In this document: positions 1 to 29,089 of the stretch, in pieces
Numbering within the stretch: position 1 is the first letter of the stretch
Layout: each line of letters opens with the position of its first letter
From: the human T2T-CHM13v2.0 reference genome, Homo sapiens
Assembly (NCBI RefSeq): GCF_009914755.1
Contig: NC_060941.1
Direction: 5' to 3' (one strand)
DNA length: 64,000 nt
Made by a program: the position numbers and the translations under genes
Notes under the pieces: model-generated
What the model saw: the letters and a program-made list of their open reading frames with translations, nothing else
Database searches by the model: none
What the model was told of the DNA's origin: nothing

Positions 1-179
1 TTCCACTTGAAGTAGTTTGGAGGGGAGACTAATGGAAACTAGGGGGAGGCTAGCCCCCAAGCCTCCGCTGAGGCCACCGCTGTCTGTGTCCCGAGGGCCC
101 TGGAGTAGGAGGTGTCAATGACGGACTCAATGAATGAATGAATTGATCCCACCACCACCAGCGGCAGGCCCGCCTCTTC

Positions 180-810
180 CTTCCACAGCCCACCTTGGCC
201 TCCCCGCCTCGCCAGGTGGCAAGGCCTTCGCTCCTGGTCCCTGAGCGCCGCTCGCTTCCCTCCCGCGTGGGCAGGGGGCAGCCGCGACGCCGGCCCAGCG
301 CCTCCGAGCCGGGAACCGCACAGCACCCGGCGATGGCCCCGAGCCCCGCGCGCCCGAAGCCACGGCGCCGCTCGCTGGGGGCCTCGGGACGGCAGGGACG
401 GCTGGGGGTGGCGCGGACCGCGTCCCCGAGGCGCGTAGCGCGCGATCGAACCACGCGCCCCGCCCGCTGCGGTCCTCTAACAGCCCCTCGCGCCGCCCCA
501 CGTGGGGCCGCACGGGCTGGCGGCCCCCTCACCCGATTGGCCGCCGCACAGCCAATCAGAGAGCGGAGGCGATAGCGGCCGCGCCGATTGGCTGCGGCGG
601 GCCGGCCCGGGGGAGGGGGCGGGACCCCTTTTGTTCTCTCCGCACCTCCGGGTTCGCGCGACTGTGAGCGCCCCCGCCCCGGAGCAGGGGTCCGCGCTGG
701 GGGTCCGGAGGGCGGGGGCGCGGCCCGACGCCCCACCCCCAGCTTGTTCACTGCCGCCAGGGCCCAGCGCCTGAAGCGCGGGTCCTTCGCTGGGACGAGC
801 GCTTTCATCT
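180..810. promoter_or_regulatory. CpG island with three CCAAT boxes, palindromic E-box and GC box
   Basis: CACGTG 499-504, ATTGG 536-540, CCAAT 552-556, ATTGG 587-591, GGGGCGGG ~616-623. Confidence 0.7.
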
Positions 811-2949
811 CCGTCCCTCAGTTTCCCTCCCCTTGTCTTCTCCCTGTGTCCTGGGAGTTATGGGGAAGCTCAGCCCTTGGCAAATGAGCTTGGGACCTTC
901 CTAAAACCTAAGCCAATGATAGGCCCGATCTTGCCTGAGAGGGGCACGTGAGAGACCCCCAAGCTGGAGAGGCAGATGTCCTGGTAACTCTAACCTGAGA
1001 CCGTTTTCAGGGTGAGCCTTCTCCTAATCACGGCTGGGGCGTCTTCGTCCAAGGTGGGGCTGGATGGGGGTGGGCAGAGGCCCCCACAGTCACAGCCTGG
1101 CCAGCTGTGCAAATGCTCCCCTAAACCGTCCCCCGCTTCAGTCACTCAGCCAACCAATCAATCGCAGGGGCCTCCCTCTGGGGTGGAAAGTGGTGGCCCC
1201 AGGGACCAGGGACCTTCACAGGGAGAGAGGGCTGTGGTCCGGGCAGGGGCGTCAGGGGTTCAGCCTGGGTCTCCTGACCTCCAGGCCCACGTCTTCCCTT
1301 AGACAACACCTGAGAGCATCTCCCAGCGTGGCTGTGGCCACACACATCCCTGGGAGTAGGACGGGCCACCGCGCTGAAGCTGTGGATGCAGGGCTCCCAA
1401 TCTGTAGGCGAGGGGCCTCTCCCCTGCAGGGGACAGGATCAGGACCCTGGGAGCCCTCAGTCCCCCTCCCAGCACTGATTACCTGGAAAACCCCCCGAGC
1501 CCAGGTTGATGAAGAAGGTGGGACCCTGACAGTGAGTGGCCTGAGCCTGGGATGGTAGCTTGACCTCATCTCCAAGGTCATCCTCCCAGACCTGGGAGTC
1601 TAAAAACATTAAATCCTTCAGAAGGACATATTTGCATCAGATCACTGTTCAGAACGCCACTGGTGCCATTCACGGAGCAGTCCCTGGGCTGAAGTGGCTG
1701 CTCTGGTCTGGTGAGCGGGGGCACCCACGCGAGCTCCCAGGCCCAGAGGCCTCCCCCAGATCCTGGTGTTAGTGGCCCATGGAAGGACTCCCAGCCCCAG
1801 AGGCTTGGCAGGTGTCTGCGGCTCCCCAGGGGTGGGGTGCTGGGAGGCTGACATCTGTGGAGTGTTTTTACTGTTGAACAAATTGAATCAATTAAACAGG
1901 CCCCATCGGGGTGGCTGGGAGCGGTGAACAGGAGGAAAGAGGGGAGCGGAGCCAAGAGGACAGCCTGAGGGCGTCTGTCTCCCCAGGCGGGGTTCAGACG
2001 CACCTCTTTCCCTGAATGTTCCAGGGCAGGAGACCCCCCGTGTTGACAAGAGGGAGGTGAGTTAGTGGAGGGGGAGTGGGAGGAAAGTCAGTGGGGACTG
2101 TCCCTGTTGTGTGTCCCCTGAAAGCACGCCAAGGCCTGTGTCTCCTACCCAGCCACCTCTGGGCTTCTCAGCCCCCAGCCCTGTGATGACCCTTTGGACA
2201 TCCCAGCCTCCTTTCAAAGACATTTTATTGCTCTCACAAGGAGGCCTCCGGAAGCTGGGAGGCTCCAGCAGAGAAAGAGAGGAGGCTGCCTAGGGAGGCT
2301 GGAGGAGGCAGAGAGGAAAGAGGAAACATTGTGGGGGTAATAGCAAGGGCCCCGGGTCACCCACCTGGAGCGGAAGCCTCCCCCTCGGGCAGGCTGAGAA
2401 TGACGCAGGCGCCGGCTGCTCTGTGACCCAGCTGACCGAGGGACAGCCCCTGCCTGGGAGCTCCAGCAGCTGCTGCAGCGTCCCTCCTGCCCAAGCAAGG
2501 GCCGCAGGGCCACCCCTCCAATCCGTCCCCAGAGGTCCACTGCCGCTGCCTCTCCTCCAGCTGCCGCTCAGGGGAGCGAGGTTTCCTGAGTCAGGCCACC
2601 GGCAGCGGGCGGCCAGCCCCTCTCAGCATGGCGCTTGCCCAGGGCCTGGGCTCCGTCACATGCCAGGACAGTGGTCACCGTCACCCTGGACAGACCACCT
2701 CTGTCCCTTTATGTCAAGTGACCATTATTGGGCCCCCTGAGGCAGACGAGCGTCTCACCAGTAAGCTCCCAGGGAGGACAGCGTGGTCAGGACCTGCCCA
2801 TCCGCCAGCACTCTGGCCTCTAGGCCCGCAGGCTGAGGGCACCGGCGGGCACCAGAACAGGGGCTGGTTTGGCCGAGGGACCTGCTTCTTGGGCAGCACC
2901 AGGAAACAGCCGGAGACCCTCCCAGCGCCCACATCCATGGCGTGAGCCC

Positions 2950-3640
2950 CGCGTGGGTGCAGCCCCTTCCGCAGCCCGAATTCCAGGCCAGCCGCTGCAG
3001 GAGGGACCGCCAGCCAGGGGCGCAGGGCAGAGGGTGGGGGAAGGCGTGGCGCTCGCGCTCTCGGCTCTTGCTTGGATGGCGCCGGCTGAGGACCCCCACA
3101 CCTGCGCTGCGGTGCAGAGGTCTTAGGATCCGAGGGGGCTGCCGGTCTGGGCCGGCGCGTTCAGGCCCCGGGCGGTGGGGCGGCCTCGGCGTGCGTGGCT
3201 CGGTTGCCTGCAGGCAGGCACGCGGCGCTGTGAGAAACGAACGTCCGTGACTTAGCCCACGGGACCGTTTCTGCATTTTCACCCCAACCTGGAGAGCTGC
3301 AGCACAGCCGCGGGACAGGAAGTCGCCGCCAGGTGGGTCAGGACTGCGACCTGAACTCGGCTCTGCGGCCTCCCGCTCCGGCCGCCGGTTCGCAATCCTG
3401 GCGTGAACCAGCAGATCAACCTCCGGCGCCCGCCACAGGCGCCCTCCCGCGGGAACCGGCAGGCAGGAGCGGTGCGGGGGCGCCCTCCAGCGGCCGTGGC
3501 CGGGATGGCGGCCTCCTGCCAGGCTCCAAGCGTGGCCGCGTGGGCAGCGCGCGCAGCCCGCCACGGAAAGACAGGCGCTCCTCCTGGGTGGGCCTTGGGA
3601 CCCCTTCGCGCCCTGTGTGGCCGCCTCGTGGTGAGCACCC
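2950..3640. promoter_or_regulatory. CpG-rich island
   Basis: CpG-dense GC-rich stretch with an ETS core CAGGAAGT near 3316. Confidence 0.5.
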
Positions 3641-4260
3641 CCGCCCCTCCCTGCAAGGCCGGTGTTCCCAGCTGGAAGGGCAGGCAACCTGGGAACCAGA
3701 GGGAGCTGCTCTGGTTGGGAGGAAAAAGCCAGCTCGGTTCCCGCCTGAGCCCCGAAGGGGCGGGGCTGGGAAGGGGGCCTGGCCAGAGGGAAGGAGCACT
3801 CTGGGTTGGGGGTGCTGGGGGAGCACAAAGGCAGGAACTGGGGAGCATAAGGCCAGGAGATAGGGGAGAACCTAGGCAGGAGCTGGGGGAGCAGCCAGGC
3901 AGGAACTGGGGAGCATCGATGCAGGAGCTGTGTCGCGTGTTATCCCCGTCACGTGGAGTTGTGTGTCCTGCGAGGAGCACAGCATTTCAGGGCCTAGAGC
4001 CCCTCTCTGTACTGGAGCCGCCTGTGTGTGTCCATTCCGAATGAGCCATACTTCCCTCGCAGCTCTCCCAGTGGGATTGAGAACTGTTAGGCACACACCT
4101 GGTGAAGCATTGCTGCCCTTTCTGTTGGGGAGAAGCGGCCTTCTAGCTCAGAGAATAGCTGCTTCCTGGAACTGAAATCCTGCCGCATCCAGACCAAGAG
4201 CATGCTTGGAGCAGGCATCAGTGCACACACTGCTTCCGAAATTACAGCTATAAATTTTAA

Positions 4261-5046
<786 letters not shown>

Positions 5047-5049
5047 ATA

Positions 5050-7760
<2,711 letters not shown>

Positions 7761-10477
7761 CCAGGAAAGGAAATGGGCTGCGGGGCGCAGCGAGGCTGGA
7801 CAGCGGGCGCTGGCCCAGGACTCCCCTTGCCCAGAGGAGAAAATGGAGGCTGAGCCTCCGGAGAGCCCAGCTCGATGCCAGGAGCACTTTGCAGAGGGAC
7901 ACGGATGGGGGCTGGCAGCACTTCACCCCTGTGCGGTAACGGAGTAACCGGAGCGCACTGAAGTCAGCAGCACCCCCACCCACCCACCAAGGCCACCGCC
8001 ACCTCCCACCATCCCGACCGTCCTTTGCTCCCTCAACCCTTGTTGCTGTGGGGCTTGGGGATATGTTGGATTCTCACTGGCCCGGAACTTTGCTCCCCGA
8101 GGGCCGCCTGGCTGTAGAGCAGAACCCCCAAGTCCTGGAGAGAAGGGCAGAGGCCGGCCGACCAGGAGCTCTGCAGAGGAGCAAACTCTGGCCTGCGGAC
8201 CCAGGGCTCTCACCGGCATGTAAACCTCTGTGGTTCACGAGGCTTGGCGCACCATGCTCTCTGCAAACTGGGCCTCATACCACCTGTCTGCCCTGCACCT
8301 GGAGAACTGACAGCCTACCCGCCCAGCACTGGCAGCAGAAGCTAAAGCATTCCTGGAACCCACAGGCCCCCAGCTAGCCTGACCCCCTGCCCCAGCCCCC
8401 CACGGCCCTGGCCTGGCCTCCCTGCAGCTCCCGGAATGCACCCAGGCTGTGCTGGCCCCGGGGCCTCTGCGTGCCCATCCCTCTGAGGGCTGCTCTTCTT
8501 CTTGCTCTAGGCGCCTCCATCTTCTCCCACAAATCTTTGCTCACGTGTCTTCTCAGACAGCCCCCACACCCCTGTCTAAATGTTCAGTCCCCCTCCCCCG
8601 CTCCTCGGCCCCCTCAAGCCCAATTCTTGCTTGGGTTCTGGTAGCTGGTGCCCCCTTCCCTGCTGCTGCGGACCTGAGCTCTTTCTGCCCCTCTGTTTCC
8701 TGCTGCATCCTGCCTGGCTCCCAGGAGGCCTCTCTCAGCATTTTCTGACAACAAAGCCGGGGCTGCAGATCCCTGGTGAGATTCCAGGCTAGCATCAGCA
8801 CTCCTCTCCCGCACGCACCACAGCTAAAGCACACAAGGGCACCGCTGAACGCCACCACTCCCAGCTGCCAGAGTGCCGCATCCGTCGGCAAGGAAAATGG
8901 GGACCCTTCCATAGAAAACAGGCAAAGACTGAACAGACATTCACAATGGCCCCAAACAAATGGAAAGAAGCTCACGCCCTCCAAAAACCAAAGAAATGCA
9001 AATTCACACAGCCAGGAAATGTCATTTCTCACCTTCCAAACTGGCAAACGTGGACCAGGGTGGTCCTGGGTGTTGGTGGGGATGCTGGCAAGGTGCTCTC
9101 AGGGAGGGAGGGCACAGCCCTGGGGGGCCATCTGAGCCTGTGGGGCACCTGTTCATGCTAAGGAATCAGGAGCCACGGCCCCCTGGGGACCCCATTAGCC
9201 TCGCTGTGGCCAGGCCAGGAGAAGCCCCTCAGTGTGAGGACACAGGAGCACTCAGCCCCAGGCAGACCCACAACCTGTTCCAGGGCCAGGACTGTTCCTT
9301 CCTGCCCCTAGCTCCTTCCCTGTCTCTCTGTCCCAGTGCAGTTAATACTGGATGTTTCTGAGTCACCAGCTGGAGGGAGTGTGGCCCTTCAGCCTGGTCA
9401 GGGGCCCCCCAGTTGGGGTGGGTGGCTTGGCTCATGACCTCGGTGGAGGGGCCCCTGGGCACCCTGCTGGTGGCAGGAGGAAGCCAGAGTGGCCCCAGAA
9501 ACACTCCTTGAAGAGCCAATAAATCACAAGCCCCCTCTGCCTACCCCCTCCACATCGCCGCCTGACGTTTTTTATATTGATGCATTAATTTATCCTTAAA
9601 AATGGGCAACACTGCTTGTTTGATTTCCACAGAGGCCATGTGGGGCAGAGAGTGACAAATTATTTCCTGACCCTCGAGTAGCTGATGTAATGAGTCCCCC
9701 ACACTGAAAGCCTGTGTGTCCCCGGCTCCCAGACACTCCTCAGTTTGGCTTGGGGCCACTCCCTGGTACTGGGATGTCACTAGTGCTGTCCTTGACAGGT
9801 GACCCATTTGCCTGAAGCCCGGGATGCCCATCTGTCTGGGACCTGTTTCAGGACTGCATGACCTTGCCCCCTGGGTCTCTCTTCCATGCCTTAGAGGGGG
9901 CTGGGGGCCAGGTGGGGGTGGGGGCACTGGCCCTTCCTGGGGCCTGACGAGGCTGTGACCTCGGCTCATGGGGACAGTTTGGATGCTGCTCATTCGTTTG
10001 CCTACATCGCCAGGACAGGCAGGATCTGGGAGCATCACAAAAAAGGGAGTTATTCGCAGCAAATATGAGTGTGTTCAAAAAGAAATCTGAAGTCAGTTTC
10101 CACGAGAATTCTGTCTACTCCGGACAGGCAGAGGCCACCTGAGCTCGGGACCTCCCAAGAAGGGATTCAGAGGAGCCACATTCCACTTTCTAGGTGTGAC
10201 CCTCAGTCTGCTCCAAGTGGACTTGAGACATCCCAATAACAACACTGACTAGGTACTAAAACAAACACAGACAGGAGCACGTGTGCACCCCGAACACACA
10301 GCAGGGCAGCAGCCATCCAGGGTGGGTAGCCTCCCAGATGGCCCCACAGGCCTGCACCCCTGCCCTCCTGTTGGCCACGCCCCACCAAGGGAGGGTCTGT
10401 GTAATCAGTAGAGCAGGGCAGAGGCGCCAGCAGGCCAGTTTAGAGGGACACAGCACACAGCAGCTTCCGTCCTGGTT

Positions 10478-11013
10478 CTCTGTCTCTCTGTGTCTCTCTC
10501 CCTCTTTCTCTCTCTCTCTCTGCCTCTCTCCCTCTCTCCCTGCCTCTCTCCCTCTCTCCCTGCCTCTCTCCCTCTCCCCCTCCCTCTCTCCCTCCCTCCC
10601 TCTCCCCCTCCCTCTCTCCCTCCCTCCCTCTCCCCCTCCCTCTCTCCCTCCCTCTCCCCCTCCCTCTCTCCCCCTCCCTCTCTCCCTCCCTCTCCCCCTT
10701 CCCTCTCCCTCTCCCCCTCCCTCTCTCCCCCTCCCTCTCTCCCTCCCTCTCCCCCTTCCCTCTCTCTCCCTCTCTCTCCCTCTCTCCTTCCCTGCCTCTC
10801 TCCCTCCCTCCCTCTCTCCCTCTTTCCCCCTCTCCCTCTCTCCACCTCCACTCTCTCCCTCTCTCCCTCTTTCTGTTCCCCTCTCCCTCTCACTCCCTCT
10901 TCCCCCCTCCCCCTCCCTCTCTCACCCCCTCCTCCTCTCCCTCTCTCTCTCTGTCTCCCCCCTCCCTCTCCCCCTCCCCCCTTCCCTCTCTCCCTCCCTC
11001 TCTCGTTTCCCTT
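10478..11013. repeat. CT-rich polypyrimidine simple repeat
   Basis: ~535 bp almost entirely C/T, built from CCCTCTCT/CCCT units. Confidence 0.95.
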
Positions 11014-11029
11014 CCTCTACATGGGGAGG

Positions 11030-11205
11030 AGCTCACTCCCTGCCAACAGCCAGGGGAACAAGCTTGGAAGTGGATTTTCCAGCCCAGCACGCAGCCTCGT
11101 GGAAGACCACCCAGGTGAGTTGCTTCCAGCGCCTCAGCTGCTGTGAGAGATGATAGATGCTTGCTGTAAGCCCCTGTGTTTTGGAGTAATTTGTTACACA
11201 GCTGT
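11030..11205 (+). mobile_element. MLT1-type (ERVL-MaLR) LTR 3' fragment
   Basis: Ends with the characteristic TAAGCC..TGTTTTGGAGTAATTTGTTACACAGC. Confidence 0.6.
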
Positions 11206-11282
11206 AGAGGGCCAATGCACTGCTAAAGCAGCAGCAGGAGCAGGTGTAGCCAGGCACCTAAGAGGAGCTGCTTATAAACGCC

Positions 11283-12109
11283 AGGGGGTGGCTCAGCCTG
11301 TAATTCCAGCGCTTTGGGGCCGAGGATGGAGCCGACCTGGACAACATAGTGAAACCCCGTCTCTACAGAAAATTAAAAAAATAAAACATTAGCCAGGCAT
11401 GGATCCGATGCTTCCGTAAGGACTTTGAATCTCCAGGCAGGGACAGAGAAGACATCAGAGACTCAGGATCAACAGCAGCTGCACTGAGAGCTGAGGTCCT
11501 CACGCTGGGTTGCTCCCCCTCCCCCACTGAGCCACTCTGAGTGCGGGCGACGCTTCCCTGGGTTCCTTCTCGCCTTCTGAGAAGGCTTCTGTCGACCTGT
11601 GGCTTCAGTGGGACCTGAGCTCATCCCCGAGACCGCCTTTTTTCACTTCGTTACCGAGGGTTGAGCGTCTGGTTACTGAGGGTGGTGCGCGCCTGTAGTC
11701 TCAGCTATTCCAGAGGCTTGATGCAGGAGGATCACTTGGACGGTGGAGTTCCAGGCTGCAGTGAGCTATGATCACACCACTGCACTCCAGCCTGGGCAAC
11801 AGAGAAAGACCCTGTCTCAAAAAAAAAGAAAAAAGAAAACAAAAGCGGGGAGGGGCCAGGCGCGGTGGTTCACACCTGTAATCCCAACACTTTGGGAGGC
11901 CTAGGGGGGCGAATCACGAGGTCAAGAGATTGAGACCATCCTGGTCAACATGGTGAAACCCCCTCTACTAAAAATACAAAAAATTAGCCAGGCTTGAAGA
12001 GAATCACTTGAAGTCGGGAGGCGGAGGTTGCAGTAAGCTGAGATTGCCCCACTGCACTCCAGCCTGGGGACAGAGAGAGACTGTCTCAAAAAAAAAAAAA
12101 AAAAAAAAA
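11283..12109 (+). mobile_element. Two sense Alus, the first interrupted by a ~280-bp insert
   Basis: Alu left arm 11283-11402, right arm 11683-11843, second Alu 11853-12109. Confidence 0.85.
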
Positions 12110-12629
12110 GTAAAACACAGGGAAGAGGAGAGAGAGAGGAGACCTCAGAGTTGCGTGGCTTTCCTTTTCTGACCCAGGACAGCAGGGGAAGCCCCGCATT
12201 TGTGGCCAGAGCCCTGGGATGGATGGAGCCCAAACACCCTCCTCTGCATGTCTCCATTCCCTGGGGGCTGCAGGCCCGAGCTGTCTGGTCCTCCCTTCAT
12301 CCATTGCACCTGGTGTTCCTTCTGCCCAGAAAATTGTTGGTCCTCCCATGTATCAGAAGCCACATGCTCACCTTCCAGGGCACTTCTGCCCACACAAGCA
12401 TTTCCTCCAACATGGAAGGAGGGCCATCCCCTGCAGCAGGCAGTACTCCAGGCTTCAGGGAGCTGCCCTTCACCAGAGGGGCTGTCTGCAGACCCACGCA
12501 CACGCCTGGCATATACCACGGCACTTAGTAAATGTTTGCTGACTCAGGGCATGCAGGCCAACTCTCTGGTCTCTGTTATGAACCAGAAAGTGGGGGCTGT
12601 GGTGATAACAGGACTTATTTACACAGGTT

Positions 12630-13605
<976 letters not shown>

Positions 13606-14648
13606 TCAATGTGTGGAGGCTTTTCTTCTTTTTCATGTAACTAGAAATCTGGAGGTGGGAGTTATCCCCATCGCGACCCAGACTCTTTCAGTCTTTCTGC
13701 TCCAACATCCTTGGCAGGTGGGCTTTTGTATGTTGTTTGTAGGGCAGCTGCTGGAACTCCATATACCACACACACCTCTACAGTCAAGGCACAAAGAAAG
13801 GATGGAGAGACAGGGCCAGTCACATCTGTGCCCTTTTAGAGGGAAAGACAAACCTGCCCTAGAAGCCCCTGCAGTGGATTCCGCCCAGGCCTCAACGGCC
13901 ACCCATGATCGGGCATGCTATGAGGGATTCAGAGACGGCAGAGAGCCAGGTTGTCATGACAGCAATGGCCAAGCATGCTTCATTGCCAGGGTCTTGGTAG
14001 CCCTCCAAAAAGCAAAGTTCCATAGGCAGGAAAGAAGGGGAACAGATTTTGGTGGGCGGCAGGTCTGCCTGCCACAGGTGGGAAGACAAGACATGGGGAG
14101 GTTCACAGATTACCCAGGGGAGTGGGGATCAGATGAACGGCTGCCTGGCCGGGTACAAAACCTGAGATCCTGCTGCACAGCTGGATGAGGGAAGAGCCCT
14201 GCTGCTGCTGCTGCTGCTCCAGCCCCCTCAGCAACAGCATGGATGTCACAGATGCTAGCCACCAGATGTCCACTAGCCTCACTGCCAGAACCGGTTCTAT
14301 GCTGCTCCTGCTTATGGTGTGAAGACACCACAGGCTTCCAACTGAAGGTTGGAGGTGGATGCACCTGACTGGTGGAGGCTGGGCCATGTGACTGAGTCCT
14401 GACAGCAAGGGATGCTGGGAAAGTTAGTATCTACCGTTTTTCAATTTATACAGAAAGATGAGTCCTGCTTTGCAAACTGGAGATTAACTTTAGGTGAGAA
14501 GGAGATTCTTTATACATGCAGGGAGCATAAGCTGGCACAACTTTTTGGAAAGTAATGTGGCAATACATATGAGCAGCCTAAAAAAGGCTATAGCCGGTCA
14601 CCCAGTAATTTCATTTTAGATAATCTCTCTTAAAATCGTAGTAGGGGC

Positions 14649-17835
<3,187 letters not shown>

Positions 17836-18039
17836 TTGAAACAACTTCAAAGAAGGAAAGGAAGCTATGCCTGTTGCATACAAGCAGAATCTTCCTCGCG
17901 GCTCGGCCTGCTCCAGCCTCCCGGAGGATGAGCCTCTGACCAGGGCCGGCCCAGGTGCCACAGTCACAGCCAGTGGCCCGCAGTTCTGAGGCCCCTGGCA
18001 CCGCTGAGGCGTCCCTGGAGCTTCCTCACCAGCCTCACG

Positions 18040-18500
18040 CATCCTGCCGGGGTGGCGGGGTCAGGGCCCACCTCTGGGCACGGGAGGCGTGGGCCTCACG
18101 GGCCACGGATGGGAGCCCAGGGCAGGGGGCTGGAGCCCTCGGGGGTCAGAGCCCGTGCGCCTTCCAGGGCGGAGGCGGTCAGCCGATGGACCAGGCGGTG
18201 CCGCAGCGACAGAGGGGGTTGAGATCGGGGCTTTCCCCTGCGACCAGCTCGCAGCCTGACGTCGGCCTCGCTCTGGGGAAACCAAGGCACGGGCACGCGC
18301 GGGCGTGGCGCCAACGTCCTCGCTGCCGGCCCCGCCTCGCCCGGGACAGCGCCCCGGCCCTGCTCCCCGCTCTACGGCCCCGCGCCCCGGCCATCTGCGG
18401 CTCCTCTTGCTTCGCGCCCGCGCCGCGCTCTGCCCACGCCCAGCCCCGCAGCTTCTCTGTGACCCCCGCCTGCCGCACCCCGGCTAGGGGCTTATTAGCG
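18040..18500. promoter_or_regulatory. Small intergenic CpG island
   Basis: CpG-dense unique sequence between Alu clusters, with a CRE-like TGACGTC near 18257. Confidence 0.45.
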
Positions 18501-19439
18501 CCACGGAGCTGAGCTGGACGTGTCCAGGATCTGGGGAGGGAGCAGCCCAGAGAGGGCAGGGCCTGGCCAGGCCTCCCCAGGCAGCCCTGCGGTCCTGCAG
18601 CCACGAGGGGAGGGGACGCCACAAATCCGGGTGCCGACCCGGGCCAGGAGAGTCGGGAAATGGGCCTTGGCTGGGACCCAGGCCGACTCTGATCCCGCGG
18701 GCCTCGTAGCCCCTCCAGCCCTCGGCCATGCAAAGTGGGGGTCCCACGGGATGAGCCCCAGTGTGGGAGCCCAGCTCGGACAGACATCACCCCTCAGTCC
18801 CCCGACCCTCCGCCCCAGGAGAGAAGCTGGACGCTTGCCTGGGCGACCAGGTCCAGGCCACCCTAGGCAGTGAGGAGCAGCAGGGGGCCATGGCGAGAGG
18901 ACAGGGAGGGCCTCTGTTGGGCCTCGGAGGTGGAGACCCCACTGCTGAGCCACAGCTGGGGCATGCATTGGCTTTCTTCTGAGCATCTGTCTGGGGAACC
19001 GCCGTGGGAGGAGCAGAGCCCCTCGGGCACTGGTAGGGAAGCCAGGCTGCCAACAGCCCTGCCACCCTGGCTGCAGGTTCTGGAGCCGGGGACCCTCTAG
19101 GCTGAAGTTCTCCAAGTGGGTTGAGCCCAGATATCCGTTTATCCTAGGTAGGCCTCCATGCCTGAAGGTCCCGGGCTCCTCTGGACCACCCGTCCTGCCA
19201 GGGGGCAGACAGGCCTCCTGTCCCTTCCTGTTCTGTTCTGCTCCCTAAACTCCAAGCTAAGTGTGTCCCTGGGCAGCTGGGTCTTAAGAGCCTGAAAGGC
19301 TGCATGGAGTCTGTTTGTTCATTCAGAGGAATCTCAGCTATTTCCTGGGAGGCTCCATCTGAGCCTGGTAGGTCCCGGATGAGGGGTGGGTGGCCTGGTG
19401 AGCAGGTCAGCCTGTCCTCAGGGGCTTGCAGCACACCCG

Positions 19440-21540
<2,101 letters not shown>

Positions 21541-22401
21541 TTTTTTTTTAATCCTGCATATCGGGGAGGGAGATGGACGAGTAACAGAGGGTGGAAGTGG
21601 AGGAAGGCGTGCTTCCCGGGAGAGGACTGGGCTGTGTGGGGATGCTGTGGACGGCTGCACAGGTGGTGCACTGCACAACTGCAGGGGATGCCATTCACAT
21701 AGACCATGATGCTGCATCATGTGTGAAGTATGCACCACGGCAGTCCTCTCTGGAGGGCACCCTGAGAAGGGCCGCCAGCAGGGAGCTGGACAGCACGGGG
21801 ACACATCCTTTCCAGCAGGAAAGGATTCCAAACGACCACCAGCAGGCGGGCAGGCCAAGCATAGCTGAAGGGAGCCATGGGAGGCCACGAGGTGCTCTGT
21901 GTACAGCAGGCAGCCCCAGCACTTGGCAGCCCACGTGCTGCACAGAGGAAAACACCTGCCCACAGCTGTCTCTGGCTCTGATGTTTAGGACCCACCTCCA
22001 ACCAAGCAAGGGTCCTGTAAGTCAGAAAATCTCTCAGTCATCGGAGCCAGGATTTGCCAACGTGAACCACTGAACTTCCCCCTTGGTCTCCATCCTCTAT
22101 GAAAACATGAAAGGGGTTTGAAATTGCATCCAATAAACACAATGTCCATCTCCTGCCGGGGAAAATTGGTCTGGGTAGAGGGATGCCGGTGGTGTGGACA
22201 GGCTCTGAAAGCTGCAGGAAGGCTCGGCTTGGAGAACATCCTCCACCTCTGCCTACCATCAGGACCCAGGGATCCTGGGGAAGGGGAGCCCTTTCAGGAG
22301 TGCCCTGAAGTCCCCCAGCACGTGTGACACTTCTCAGAGCAGGCATCCCTTCCAGAAGTTTCTGTTAACTAAGCTGAATGGCATTTAAGATATTGAAAAC
22401 A

Positions 22402-27915
<5,514 letters not shown>

Positions 27916-29089
27916 GAACCTGCACTGGGCAGTTCCGGAAGAGCTGCAGCTTTCAACGCTTCGAGAGTGCGTGACTGTCCCTGGTCCCCATGCCCTGGCC
28001 AGTGCTCAGAACTACCCATCTCCTGATTTCTGCTCATCTGATAGCCACAAACTGGCATCTAATTTGTTTTAATGTGCATTTGCTGATGCCCAGTGTCCAT
28101 GAGCATCTCACAGTTTGTCCTGTAAGTGCAATGCTTCACAGGACAAAGAGAATTTCTATCTTTTGCAGGTATCAGAGTCGCTGAGAAGAGTCATGCTGTG
28201 ATGTGAGGTCACAGAACAAGGTAGGGTGGGAGCCTGGAGCTCAGTAAGCTCTCTGCAATTTATGTTTGCCTCCACCCCGACCCCCACCAAGCTTGAGCCT
28301 CCTCTCCCCCATCCCCATATGGGAGGGGGAGCTAGGAAGCACCACCACCTCTGCTTGAGTAAAATCTCTTCCAACAGCAGAACGATCCCTTGACCCGACT
28401 TAACATGAAATAGTTCCAAATCTCTTTTCAACTGGTAGAGATCTTCCTTCCCTGTCCCAACCTCCAAATGACTTCTGCAGCTGTAAGCAGTTCAGAGGAG
28501 CTATGCATTGGACTCCCAATCCCATCTACAGAGGCTCTCCCCTGGCACCTGCGGGGAGAAAAGCTGAAGTACAAAGGGCACTGGCTGAGCCTCTTACACC
28601 AGGTGAGGCCCTCGTTATTGGTAGATACTGAGTTCCAGGATTCAGTAACTAGCCAACTCCATGACTGCTGCGCTCTTTACACAAAGTAAAACTATCTCAT
28701 ATCCCACGTCCACCTGAGGGCTGGGGGGAAACTAAGGCAGGCCCCTGCTGATTCAGGTGGTTATTTTATGCCAAATATTTACCCAAGATGTCAAGTCATC
28801 TAGTTTTTCCTAAATAATGGAAAAAGCCGTCTCAGGACTTCCCTCCCAGCCTGCTTATGATGTTGCTTCAGTTATCTCCAACACCCAAACCCACTAGGCT
28901 GCCTTGTTCTTGCACTTTCGATTTGGAAGAAATCGAACTGCTCAGTTTATTGTTAAGCCGTTTTCTCACCAGCCCACGAAGCCAAGCTGAGCAGCACCCA
29001 CCGCCCCCACCCCCAAGACTACCCAATACTTCCAGGTTGGTCTGTCTTTCCCAGCCCACTTGCTACTTCCCCAAACAGGAGCCATTCAT

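Noticed and set aside
10281-11153. Pro/Ser/Leu-rich and Glu/Arg/Gly-rich ORFs
   Set aside because: CT-repeat artefact.
14199-14216. (CTG)6 / poly-Gln stretch
   Set aside because: Too short, intergenic and unremarkable.
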